Source: Octopus vulgaris (Eukaryota). Taken from it: a stretch of 64,000 bases of DNA. The translations under genes were made by a program, and so were the position numbers. Below the pieces are notes generated by a model. That model was not told the DNA's origin. It saw nothing but the letters and a program-made list of their open reading frames with translations, and ran no database searches. This document shows, piece by piece, positions 53,198 through 64,000 of the stretch. The DNA is taken from contig OX597817.1 in NCBI GenBank assembly GCA_951406725.2, forward strand, positions 3,348,001-3,412,000, given 5' to 3'. Numbering within the stretch: position 1 is the stretch's first letter; every line of letters starts with the position of its first letter.

Positions 53198-55709
53198 TAT
53201 GTTTATTGAAGAGACACCAATGAGTTATAAAAATCTTGATCTATTATTTTATGTTCTTTCAATAAAAAAACCCAATACTTTTGGGAACCTCCATTTGACA
53301 ACAGAATCAGATTGTTCCTTCCCTTTGCTAACCAACATAAAACAGAAAAATCATTCCAGTCACAAGTCTCTCAGTACTGTTGCTGCATCTGTAATAAGCT
53401 TCAGCTCTATCACTGTCTCCCAAATGAAAAAAATGAAAGCCAGCATATTCATAAAAGCAGCTCTTTATGATAAAAAAATTCAACATTGCCACTAAAAGAT
53501 AATCTCTTATATAGCTGATCATAAAATGATCAGTAGCTTCATACACATACCTTTGCTTTAGTATTGGTCCAGGCCAAGAGATGAAATCATAGACACAAAA
53601 TTTATTTTTGCCATTCTGCTGTTGTCATCATTGCAGCAAACTGAGTCTTTGTCACAAGGAACTGTAATTTGGTAAGTTGAACGAGCAGTAGAATCATTTT
53701 ATTTTAAAGTATGCAATTTTGAAACTACTATTTTAGCAAGGACATTTAATTTAGAATTACCCTTTCAGCAGTTCTGGATCAGTCTGTGAAAACTACAGAA
53801 GAAAATCATATCTTTTCATGAAGAAACTGTCTTCATGCAGAGGAGTGCGGTGAAGACTTCTTTCCTGGAAATTAATTGAATTAAAAATAAACCTTCGATT
53901 GTTTTTCCAAAAAGCATTCTTCATAATATGTTTTAGCAATTCCTTCGACTTTAATTTGATGACTCAGGAAATCAATTCTGATCATTTCTGTGGCTTTTGG
54001 TGCACCAGGAACTCAAGATCAATATCAAACCAATTTGTATCACGTGTCAATGTAGAAATAGCTCTGGCTGCTCATAATGATGGACAGAACGCATTGAGTT
54101 CTGATAAAGGTCTTGTGGAACCTAGAATCTCATGAAGAAAGATGAAAATGCAACGTAGCCACCAAAATAATCATTGTGGGGGCATTGTTTTGCACTTCAT
54201 TCATGAAGTACATTTGTAAAAGCTTTTAGTAATGGTTTTCCATTTAATTTTTCCTGAATGCATGTAGTTTATTCAAAACTTTGAAGAATTCAACTTATAT
54301 ACTTTCACTCATCTAATAAATATAGATAAGTCATAGGTTGTACTATTTAAATATATACATAACGAAATGTTCATCTACAAATGATAAGAAAGAAAAAGCC
54401 TTTACGTACACTGGAATATTTAACTTTGACTAGACTTGAACAGATATCCTATTATTTGCATTGAATAGTAAGGAAATACATCTATCCTCTCTCTTTCAGG
54501 TTTGATTTTACAAACGGGAGAAATCTTCATTATTATGCAAACCGGTCCTCAGATCAGGACGATTTTCTAGTGATTTACTTGGGGAAACGAATTATAATAC
54601 AATGAATTCAGTTGTTGAATTTACATATGCAATAAAGATAAAGTATGGCTAGTATTTCATATTTGGTCAAAGTATTTTGCTGCTCCTCACATGCCACCAG
54701 AAACGATGGTCATGAATATTTTGCTCTCAAAGAGACTGTGTAATGAATGGTAAAAGATAAGGGCAAAGAGAATGAATTGAAAGTTAATAAAAATAGCGAC
54801 AGATTTGCTAAAACTTTCAGTCAGAAATACAGTTAATTGTGGTTTAAAGCTTTTACGATTCATTGAATGTAGTTCCTTCTACCACTTGAAACTATTTCTG
54901 ATAAACATTTCACAAAAAGAGAAAAAAGAAAAGGTAACTAAGAGAAATCGCAGTCAGTAAAACAAGCAATTCTGCATAAGGTAAATATATTATTTCCCAC
55001 TTAACTGTGTTATGCAACAATTGGGATAAGAAAATCGGGAAAACTTGCCATATCGTGGATGAAAATAAGTCACTGAAACTTATCCTTTACCACATTGTTT
55101 ATGTATGAGGAATTTTTGACGAAGATATTTTACTGAAATGTTACATTAATATAGGAAAGAAAATTATAGTAAAAATAATTTCCCTTTGGCAGGCATCCAA
55201 GTCTCCCTCAAATCAACCAGAAAGACATTTTAATGGTAAAAGCAGAACCTTGATTAGGAACCTTGTTTATGGTGTTGTTGTCGAAGTAAGTTTGTATACC
55301 GAGTTTGTAAAATATGAAATAAAATAAACGTTAGTTAAACAATATCAAAAGATAATTTATCAACCTTTCTCTTGGAAAGATGACCTAAATTCTAATAATT
55401 TACGTAATTAGAAAGCGCCTAATGCAACATTTATTTTTCTGAAAATTAAAACTGCGTTAAACTTAACTTTCTAATTGTTTCGTAAATACTCTGTATTCAA
55501 ACTGAATATATTATATATTCAAGGTGGCATTTCAGATAGACAAACAACTTAAACTTTAAAAATTTACAGTCTTATTGTCAACAATGTGACAAATATCGAA
55601 TTAGTAAAACTCTCAAACATAAAGCAGAGTTTATGTACGTTTTTGTGTGCGAAAATCACGGGCTATACAAGTTTGACTAGTACCTCCTTTGGCTGCACAG
55701 CTGATTTCA

Positions 55710-55769
<60 letters not shown>

Positions 55770-56839
55770 ACGCTGTTTCGTTTAGATGTAGATATAAAAT
55801 TATTAAACAAATGGCTACCAACGATTATTTTGATATTACAATAGGATCTTGGGATTCCGCGCATATCATAAACCTGGCAGGCTTTTTTCTACATGTCAAC
55901 TCAGCATACATTTTCTTTAAATTGAGGATGGTTTCTATTGAGACGCTGCTTTGCTCGTATCCACCTGGTATTCTAAGCACGTGTGGAAAGCTCTTTATAA
56001 ATTCTTCGCAATTACTATGAATCTATCATTTTCAACAATACTTTTGAAGTGGCCAACTTCTTTGACGTTACTTTAGATTTGAACTCGGGCTTATACTATA
56101 CCTTTCATAAATCCCCAAAATACCTTCGATATATTCATGTTAAATCTAATCACCATAGATCTGTCTTGAATAGCGTTATTGACAGTATCTAGATTAGGAT
56201 TCCTAACCTTTTCGCAAATGAAAATACCTTCAATAATCACGTCTCATATTGTCATCAGGACCTACACACAGTGGTTTCTCTGAAATATCTTGCATTCGCA
56301 ACACTAGTTCAAAATTATGCTTGGACAACTTACAGTAGAACAATTGCTCTATAGTTAATCCTAATAAGGCCACTAATACAAAAAATATATCTAAGGTTAA
56401 AAAAAAAAAAATTAAACCTCCAATTCTCACTGCTATAGAACTTTACGTAGAATACACTTCTCTCTACTACCAATACTAACAGTTAGCCTCCAGCTATGCC
56501 CACAAATACCCTAGTGGATGATGGCTTTGAAAAACCTAATATTTGTCTAGCCTAGTGTAATTTTCTCCACTTCAAAACATCAGGAAAATGCAATAAGATT
56601 CGAAGGAATGAGGTCTTATGTCTTGCACTACCTATTTGTTTACAAGTCTCTAATTAAACTGTTCTTCTGTATTCTAAAATCAAATTTCCCATCTCAACAT
56701 AATTACTAGTCCACAATTAAGCTTCCTTATTCTATCACACCTAATCTTGTATGCATATCGCAGCTTCAAATAGATGGTAACTCTGATGTATCTTGAAGTA
56801 ATTCTACAAAAAATACTTTCTAAATTCTTTATAAATTTG

Positions 56840-57230
56840 GCTCAAAGCCAGGAACTTTGAGATGGGGGCAAGTCGATGACATCGACTTCAGGTCCCAATT
56901 AGTACTTGTCTTATTGATCCCGAAAAGATGAAAGGCAAAGTTGGCCTCAGCTGAATTTGAAGTCAGAACGTAAAACCAGAAGATTGCGAAACATTTTGTC
57001 CGGCGCTATAACGATTCTGCGAGTTCGCCATTTTAAATAATCTTTTCTGCTAGAGGCACAAGACCTGAATTTTGAGGGACAGAGAGATTCAATTACACAG
57101 ACTCCAGTACTCAACTAGGATGAAGGGCAAAATCGATCTCAATGGAATTTGAACTAAGAAAGTAAAGACGGACGAAATATCGCAAAGAATTTTGTCCGGT
57201 GTGCTAACGATTCTGCAACTCGCTGCCTTA
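56840..57230 (-). mobile_element. Two tandem Nin/Deu-domain SINEs (family C)
   Basis: 56840-57030 and about 57055-57230 both carry gatgaa(a/g)ggcaaa...aatttgaa...aacgattctgc...tcgc. Confidence 0.8.
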
Positions 57231-57300
<70 letters not shown>

Positions 57301-57410
57301 ACAATAATAAAACATTCTTGAGTAGTGGCAACTGTGATAAGTATAATAGCTATAACAGTAATAATAACAGCAACAATAATAGTAATAATAACAATAATGA
57401 TGATAAAGGT
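57231..57410. repeat. (CTA)n and degenerate (AAT/AAC)n microsatellite
   Basis: Directly visible. Confidence 0.92.
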
Positions 57411-58009
57411 AAGTAATGACCACTCACAGTTAACTGTAACTTGAGTTGAAATAAGAAATGTAATTGTAGAATACCCAATAATTCTCCTATGAGAGACCAT
57501 TACTTGCAAAATAACGTCGTTTATAAGTGCACTGTCTATGCTATGCACGCAAATTCAACTAAACTATACACAGTGTCTTCTACTGATTTTAACAGACGAT
57601 ACTTAACAAATGTTATCGCGTTCTATGATGAATCTACTTAACTGGCCAAGAATATCAGCCATTTCGAGGCTAATAGTATTTCCTACAAAATCTCAAGGCT
57701 AATACATTTCCTACAGTGCCTGGTCTATAGTTAAGGCTGGTAGTCTTATATTGTGGTCACACTGCATTTAATTTGTCCACTAGAGAATCCCTTGAGATGT
57801 TACACAAAAATTAAGGTCTACATATTAACATTCTGCAGGCACAGATCCTTCAAAACATTTTCCTTTTTTGCGCTAGATCAACGTGCTCCACTCGACCTAG
57901 ATAACCAAAAGCTTGTATTCTGATCGACATTCTGCTTTTTATATATCTCACTTTCATCTGTTTAATTACTTGGCATAGTTACAATTATCACCCGTCTTAA
58001 TTGGAATTG

Positions 58010-58302
58010 TGGAGGCACATGACCTAGTGGTTAGAGCAGCGGACTCGTGGTCAAGGGACCGCGGGTTTGAATCTCAGACCGGGCGATATGTGTGTTTATG
58101 AGCGAAACATCTAAGCTCCACGTGGTTCCGGCAGAAGGTAATGGCGATCTTCTGCTGACTCTTTCGCTACAACTTTCTCTCACTCTTTCCTTGCAGCTCA
58201 CCTGCGACGGACCGGCGTCCCGTCCAAGTGGGCAGCCTATACGTCAAGGAAACCGGGAAAACGGCCCTTATGAACCAGGCATGGCTCAAGAAGGAACAAA
58301 CA
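58010..58302 (+). mobile_element. SINE family B with TSD
   Basis: 12-bp TSD taattggaattg at 57998-58009 and 58303-58314. Confidence 0.93.
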
Positions 58303-59054
58303 TAATTGGAATTGAATTTTAAAGTCATTCATACTTTGTTTCTAATTACTTAATTACATTTTCTTTGATTATAGTAAATCTTTATATATTTACATCTCCA
58401 TTAAGGTTTTTTTAAAATTATTGAATATTTTTCTAGCGATTCCATTCTTACACTCACGTTTAGATATTTATACTAAATCAGTTAAACTACCTCTTTTACA
58501 TAACAGGGGGCTTTTTGTTTGCCATATTCCCTTTCTTTTTAATAATTTCCTTTGATCAACCCTCTTTACTCTACATTCCTCAAACTTAAATTTTCGACCT
58601 GCCTCAATAGTTAAGCTTCTCAATTGACTTTTTATTCTTTTCTTTTGCTCTTATTCTTCTCATCCTTTTTCTATATTCCTTCTTATTCTAATCCCCTTTC
58701 CTCAGTTTTTACTAAAATATTTTTTCTTGACTGTACGTTATTTTCCACTTGTTTCCACGTATCTATCTCTCCATTAATAATTATCCTCCTTTTTCTTCAT
58801 ATTTTTATTGATACCTGTGTATAACCAAAATATGTGGCCTACTACTATTACATTGGCAATTGCCACTAATCTTTCTGACGAAAATATACGGCGTTTCCAG
58901 CTTCAAGATATTAACGTATCATGCTTTATGTGAGTTCATATTTATGACATTTGCAATGTATAATTATTGCTTCATTTTCAACGCCTATTTGCATAATATG
59001 AATTATACTATATAACGCATTGAATTTTGAAACGGCTGTAAAGATATATCTTCA

Positions 59055-59261
59055 GTTCTATAGTTAAGAGATGAGGAATTATGTACATTATTTACATTTG
59101 ACGGATATTTGTCCTCATCTTGTTTGTTGTTAGCACAACGTTTCGGCTGACATACCCTCCATCCTATATCTGGCTGATGTAGGCTGGAGGGTATGTCAGC
59201 CGAAACGTTGTGCTAACAACAAACAAGACGAGGACAAATATCCGTCAAATGTAAATAGTGT
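59055..59261. mobile_element. TSD-flanked fold-back insertion of a hammerhead-bearing Penelope-like terminal repeat
   Basis: Arms 59084-59170 and 59176-59262 are near-perfect reverse complements; 13-bp direct repeat agatatatcttca at 59042-59054 and 59262-59274; right arm ctgatgt-aggctg..cagcc-gaaa-cgtt. Confidence 0.8.
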
Positions 59262-59510
59262 AGATATATCTTCATTATGTAATATGAATATATATATGTA
59301 AAATCTCATTTTATATGAATTCCTGCCATGAATAAATATTTGTTCGTCTTTTTTTTTTTTATTACTCGTTCACGCTATGTGTTTATTACAGCCAACTCTT
59401 GTTCTGCTGATTAGGAAGTTTGAATTTTAAGAACCCGACCACTTTGAATACACTAATGCTTATCTATTCTACGCTGGTACTAGCGTCTTCTCACCCACTA
59501 CACACACACA

Positions 59511-59576
<66 letters not shown>

Positions 59577-59584
59577 TAATCACA

Positions 59585-59946
59585 ATGGTTCCGGGTTCAG
59601 TCCCACTGCGTGGCATCTTGGGCAAGTGTCTTCTGCTATAGCCCCGGGCCGACCAATGCCTTGTGAGTGGATTTGGTAGACGGAAACTGAAAGAAGCCTG
59701 TCGTATATATGTATATATATATGTGTGTATGTGTTTGTGTGTCTGTGTTTGTCCCCTTAGCATTGCTTGACAACCGATGCTGGTGTGTTTATGTCCCCGT
59801 TACTAAGCGTTTCGGCAAAAGAGACCGATAGAATAAGTACTGGGCTTACAAAGAATAAGTCCCGGGGTCGATTTGATCGACTAAAGGCAGTGCTCTAGCA
59901 TGGCCGCAGTCAAATGACTGAAACAAGTAAAAGAGTAAAGAGTAAA
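59585..59946 (+). mobile_element. SINE family A, 5'-truncated
   Basis: atggttccgggttcagtcccactgcgtggcatcttgggcaagtgtc...gaaacaagtaaaagagtaaagagtaa. Confidence 0.92.
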
Positions 59947-59959
59947 TGAAGTGAAAGGA

Positions 59960-61600
59960 GCCTCTGCCATTTTCCCGAGGGAGCGCTATTCCAAAACTCC
60001 ATCGATTTATTTTGACAAGGTTTAATATTTTAGAATGATTAATGTCAACCGAATAAACGTTGCTGCATGAAGTGCCGAAGCTATCAAAGATGTCTCTACA
60101 TTGTTGATCGACCTGCTAGATGCCAAGCCACCCGGATAGTCTACCCAACTGAGTGGGAAAATAAAAATAAATAATAGAAAATAGTACACTGCAATTGTTT
60201 GATCTACGGAGACATACGGCAGATATACTTTACACATACATACACACCCATTTCTCTCTCTCTCTTTCACACATACTCCTCTCTCTCTCTTTTTCTCTCT
60301 TTCACACATACACCTCTGTCTGTCTCTCTCTCTGACACACACACACGTGCGCGCGTACATGTGCATACTGGCTGGACTCGAACTCGATACCGAGAAAGCC
60401 AAAAATAAACTCGAATGCTGTCGATCCACTGACTCAGCCTTTCTCTTGCGCGGCGAAGGCAACGATATTAAAAACACGGATGTTATTAGGCCATTGATTT
60501 AAAGTTAAGCTACGAGTTTAGTTGTTTATTCCGTTGGGTTCAGAGTTGTTTGGTCGGTATTGATGGACAGTTGATGACTTTCTACCCAATCGAGTTAAGA
60601 AACATAATATTCGCTATCATTGGATGAAAGTAAATCGGTATTTTATGAAATATCTCGCATTGTAATGAAATGAGTCGGGAAATATTTAAAAAGGCGCAAT
60701 ATATAAGGGCAATAACTATTTCGCTATTTGAACGGTAGCTCCCCTTGACAATAAGACCAGCTTTATTACTTCATATTGGCATTAGATGTTAAATTATTAA
60801 AAGAATGTCTTGATACGAATATTTATCGCAGCCCTACACTGAATTCACCTTTCATTTTCAAATATATTACTTTAGAATACGAAGAAAGAGAAGAGGGTGT
60901 TTTCGAGAAATCTATAAAACCTCGTTAACAGACCCTAGCATAAATAACGATATTAGCATCATATTCTTACACATAATGTTATCTATCTGATTAAAGAGGT
61001 TAGTAAAAGTTTATTCTTTTTATCATAAAAATAGGATACATTACGCAGGATGGACTATCTTCTGGGGCAACGTGCTCTTTAAACGGATCGTGGTTATAAA
61101 CACAATTTCCCGATATACTACGCTCACACTCGATGCTTATTGTGACAGCTTTAAAAAAAACAGTAATCTAATTTATAAAACAAACCTTCCGAATAATAAT
61201 GAACTGTTTTAATATTTCGGTTTGCTTTCGATGGATCTAATAATTGTTTTCTCGTTCATATTAACTAGTTACACAGTTCGCTTCGTTTTGTTTTGTTTTA
61301 CTCTGTCGAAAATCTATTTCTATTCAAACACGATATCTCGCTGAAAATGATTGTATAGGAAGGATTACGAAAGCGATGCGTTGTGATATTCTCCTTACGT
61401 AACACATGACTCTCTCGTGGCGGCAGTATCGTACAAATTACATCACTAGTCGATTTCTTTATTAACCATGAGGTTAAATTACATCACCAGTCAGCGGCCA
61501 ATGTAGACTCTACCTTCGTAAGGATTTTGTTAGCACATTTTTTTTTTAATAAACAACCAAAGCAATAATTACGGGCGTAAGTGATATCAAATTGCTCTTT
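59960..61600. promoter_or_regulatory. Putative unmethylated promoter / first exon region
   Basis: No recognisable transposons, CpG-rich, with (CT)n/(CA)n and a TGCGCGCG motif at about 60250-60360; CpG becomes very scarce to the right of about 61.9 kb. Confidence 0.4.
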
Positions 61601-62007
61601 GATTTATAAATTTGAAAAGGAAAAAAAAATTAACATCTAAAAATTGAAGGTGTCTCTGCACTTCTGTACAAATAAAGGTGTTTTGTTTAGACCGAGTGTT
61701 TTGTTGGGAATTTTAAAACCAGGGTTTCTTACGTTTCTAATTGTTTTTTGAAAGAAATATGAAAAAGTTTATACTTTACTAAGGAGAAAGTGTTTAGTAG
61801 TATTTTAATTTTGCCTTTTTGAAGGCAACCAGCACAGATTCCTACCCCACTATTGGTAAACAAATGAAGAATTATCCTTCAGCCAGTTTCAGTCGTGACT
61901 ATCACAGAGGGGGAGAGAGGGAGAGATAGAGAGAGAGAGTGTGTCACAGAAACCAAATGAGCCAGCACAACCAGGGAAAAAAGAAGCACAGGCAGTGATA
62001 TGAAATT

Positions 62008-62064
62008 CCACCACCCAGAAGAAATCAGTCACACCTTATGTGGTTGATTTCTTCTGGGTGGTGG
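62008..62064 (+). other. 26-bp stem-loop (pre-miRNA-sized candidate)
   Basis: ccaccacccagaagaaatcagtcaca-cctta-tgtggttgatttcttctgggtggtgg; fully paired on the + strand with two G-U pairs. Confidence 0.45.
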
Positions 62065-63764
62065 TGGTGGTGCTCTAGCATGACCAGAGTTATTTGGCTG
62101 AAATGCTTTTACTCAAATAGGGTATTGAAGACTGCTTTATCCAATAAGTCCTTTTTTAAAAAGAAAATTAAAAAAACACAAACAATTTAGGGTATGATTT
62201 AAAGGCCATTTGGCTGCAAAATCTAAAATGGAAAACAAAATTGGAACAGTATCATTTATCTCTCATCATTGTACCTGAGTTCAAAGCTACTTCCAAAGTA
62301 AAAGAATTGAAATTATACTGTAAGAAAAGTGTTTTGTAATGTTTATTTAGATAACATTTCTGAAGTATTTCTCTCATTCCTTGTGATTTAATCATCATAC
62401 AACAAAAGTTGTATCATATAGCATTTAACATATTTCTTAAGAAGCCACTATCTTGCTAAGCTTTAATTGAAGCCATCCCTGATATTGTAGTCTGTAGAAG
62501 TGTCACATCTTTGCATTTTTTGCAAAGCATTTGAGATTGGGGAAGAAAAGAGAGGAATAAGACATTTCTTGTGTCACCGTAGCAGGGAGCAGCACATTAG
62601 TATATAAAGATATCCTTAAACAAGAGGCTGTAGTCCAAATACTTGCAACTAATTGGTTTGCACTAAAAGCACTCACAGGTGTTAAAATAAGTAAAGCTGG
62701 TGCATTTCTTTTGATGAATAATTTCATTCCCAAGGTCAACCTTGAACTATGATGATAGAAGACATTTGCCCAAAGTGTTATGCAGTAAGATCAAACCTGG
62801 AGCCACACATGATTGCGAAGTAGTCTTTTTGATATAGCAGTATTGGCCCTTAGTAGAATTTCAGTTAAATTGATTGATTTACTATATCTAGTTTGGTAAT
62901 AGTTTAGAATTCAAATCCCATTGGACTGGATTCACTCTCATCCTTCTGGAGTAGATTAAATAATTATCTTATATTAAATCCTATAACTATATTCTTGCTG
63001 TTTTGAAATAGTTGGCCTTGTGCCTACTTGCAAGAAATCAATATTTGCATAACTTCTAAATTAGTGTTGACAGCAAAAGAAAGTAGAAAGTATTAAGTAT
63101 TGATTATGATTCTTTATGTTTTTGTTTGACAGAATTAATAAAGAATAGATTAATCTTGTTTCATGATTGAAATTGAGATTGAACAAAGCTAAAATTTTTG
63201 TTTTCATTCTATAGAATAAGCAACAGTATCTTTTCTTATTGAAACAAAAAATTATTAATTAATCTATCATTATATATTAAATGATATTCAATTTTCATTT
63301 TAATATATAATCATATGTAAATTTATCATTTTCTGTTATGATAACAAAAAATTACTTAACCTTTTAAATGAAAATAAATGTCTTAGCTTTCTTTGTTCAA
63401 GATGACTTGATATTACTGCTTAGTTGAATAATTTCACTTATGTTACTAATTCTCTTGGGAAAAGCATGAATATCACAAGCTCACCTTTCATCTCTCCTAA
63501 AACAGGTTATTGTGGACAATGGATAATGATCAAATAAAGAAATAGCAAAGATTGATAACTCAGTTATCTCTTATTCCAACCTTCTTTTACTTTACTAAGC
63601 TGGTTGTTGTTATCTGCAGTGATTTGCTTTCACATGTAGAAGGATGTTACCTATAATCCGCTTTCACATTTTCTACATAAATCCTGTCCATATGCAACAT
63701 AAGTATGTTGCTCTAATTGTGAATATTCTCCATAAAAAGGAACTTCAAAACAAGCTGACAAGAG

Positions 63765-63950
63765 AACTTCTAAATAGTTGTTCACCCTGCTACTAGTAAC
63801 AGCTGAATGTCTTTTCGCTTAAACCCTACAATCTTAAAAAAGGGAAGTCTCATTGGATAATGTAGTTCCACATAAACAGAAAATAGGATGGCCATGGTTG
63901 GAATGGTTTGGGGCAGAGGTCTGCTCAGTTAAGCTAAACTAAACAACACC
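63765..63950 (+). mobile_element. Old interspersed repeat (SINE-like tail); relatives at about 19575-19770, 25980-26150 and 51180-51245
   Basis: Shared blocks ctag.aa.agcagc.aaat...accctac..tcttaaaaaa..cattggataatgtag...gatgg.ca.gg.tggaatg. Confidence 0.5.
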
Positions 63951-64000
63951 TACAATAATCTTGAAAACCTCTTTAGTTTCATTCAGTAATACTGATTTCA

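Larger units (their letters stand above)
55790..57870 (+). mobile_element. Decayed Penelope-like element: RT thumb and GIY-YIG endonuclease, interrupted by SINEs and (CTA)n
   Basis: FDITIGSWDSAHIINLAG (cf. FDVTMGSFDGAEVCELVG), VANFFDVTLDLNSGLYYTFHK...YIHVKSNH, then CNCRIPNNSPMRDHYLQNNVVYKCTV and WSIVKA, in PLE domain order. Confidence 0.8.

Noticed and set aside
53380-53430. Polinton/Maverick polB motif (IELKLITD)
   Set aside because: Single short motif without the flanking conserved residues; likely chance.
62503-62739. 78-aa ORF
   Set aside because: Non-ATG start, no recognisable domain and no convincing splice context.

Overview
Eukaryotic, AT-rich, microsatellite-saturated DNA. The SINE, MITE and LINE families look like those of octopus (coleoid cephalopod); this assignment is from recall, not a search. 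No intact protein-coding gene can be supported, and almost all ORFs in the track are (TA)n/(CA)n/(TATG)n artefacts. The window is mostly transposon debris: at least four tRNA-derived SINE families (one young, with 11-12 bp target-site duplications, TSDs), a decayed APE+RT LINE with an inverted partner copy, three fragments of an RLE-type (R4/Dong-like) LINE, RTE LINE 3' ends, a decayed Penelope-like element, mariner/maT/pogo/piggyBac-type relics, a non-autonomous Helitron and a foldback-like TIR element. Two unique CpG-rich stretches (about 8.0-9.1 kb and 60.0-61.6 kb) look like promoter/first-exon regions. The best leads are RNA structures: minimal hammerhead ribozyme motifs (14.6, 22.8, 59.2 kb), a TSD-flanked ~87-bp fold-back hairpin at 59.1 kb, a 26-bp G-U-containing hairpin at 62.0 kb, and several inverted repeat pairs able to form dsRNA. 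I see no clearly new multi-gene system.
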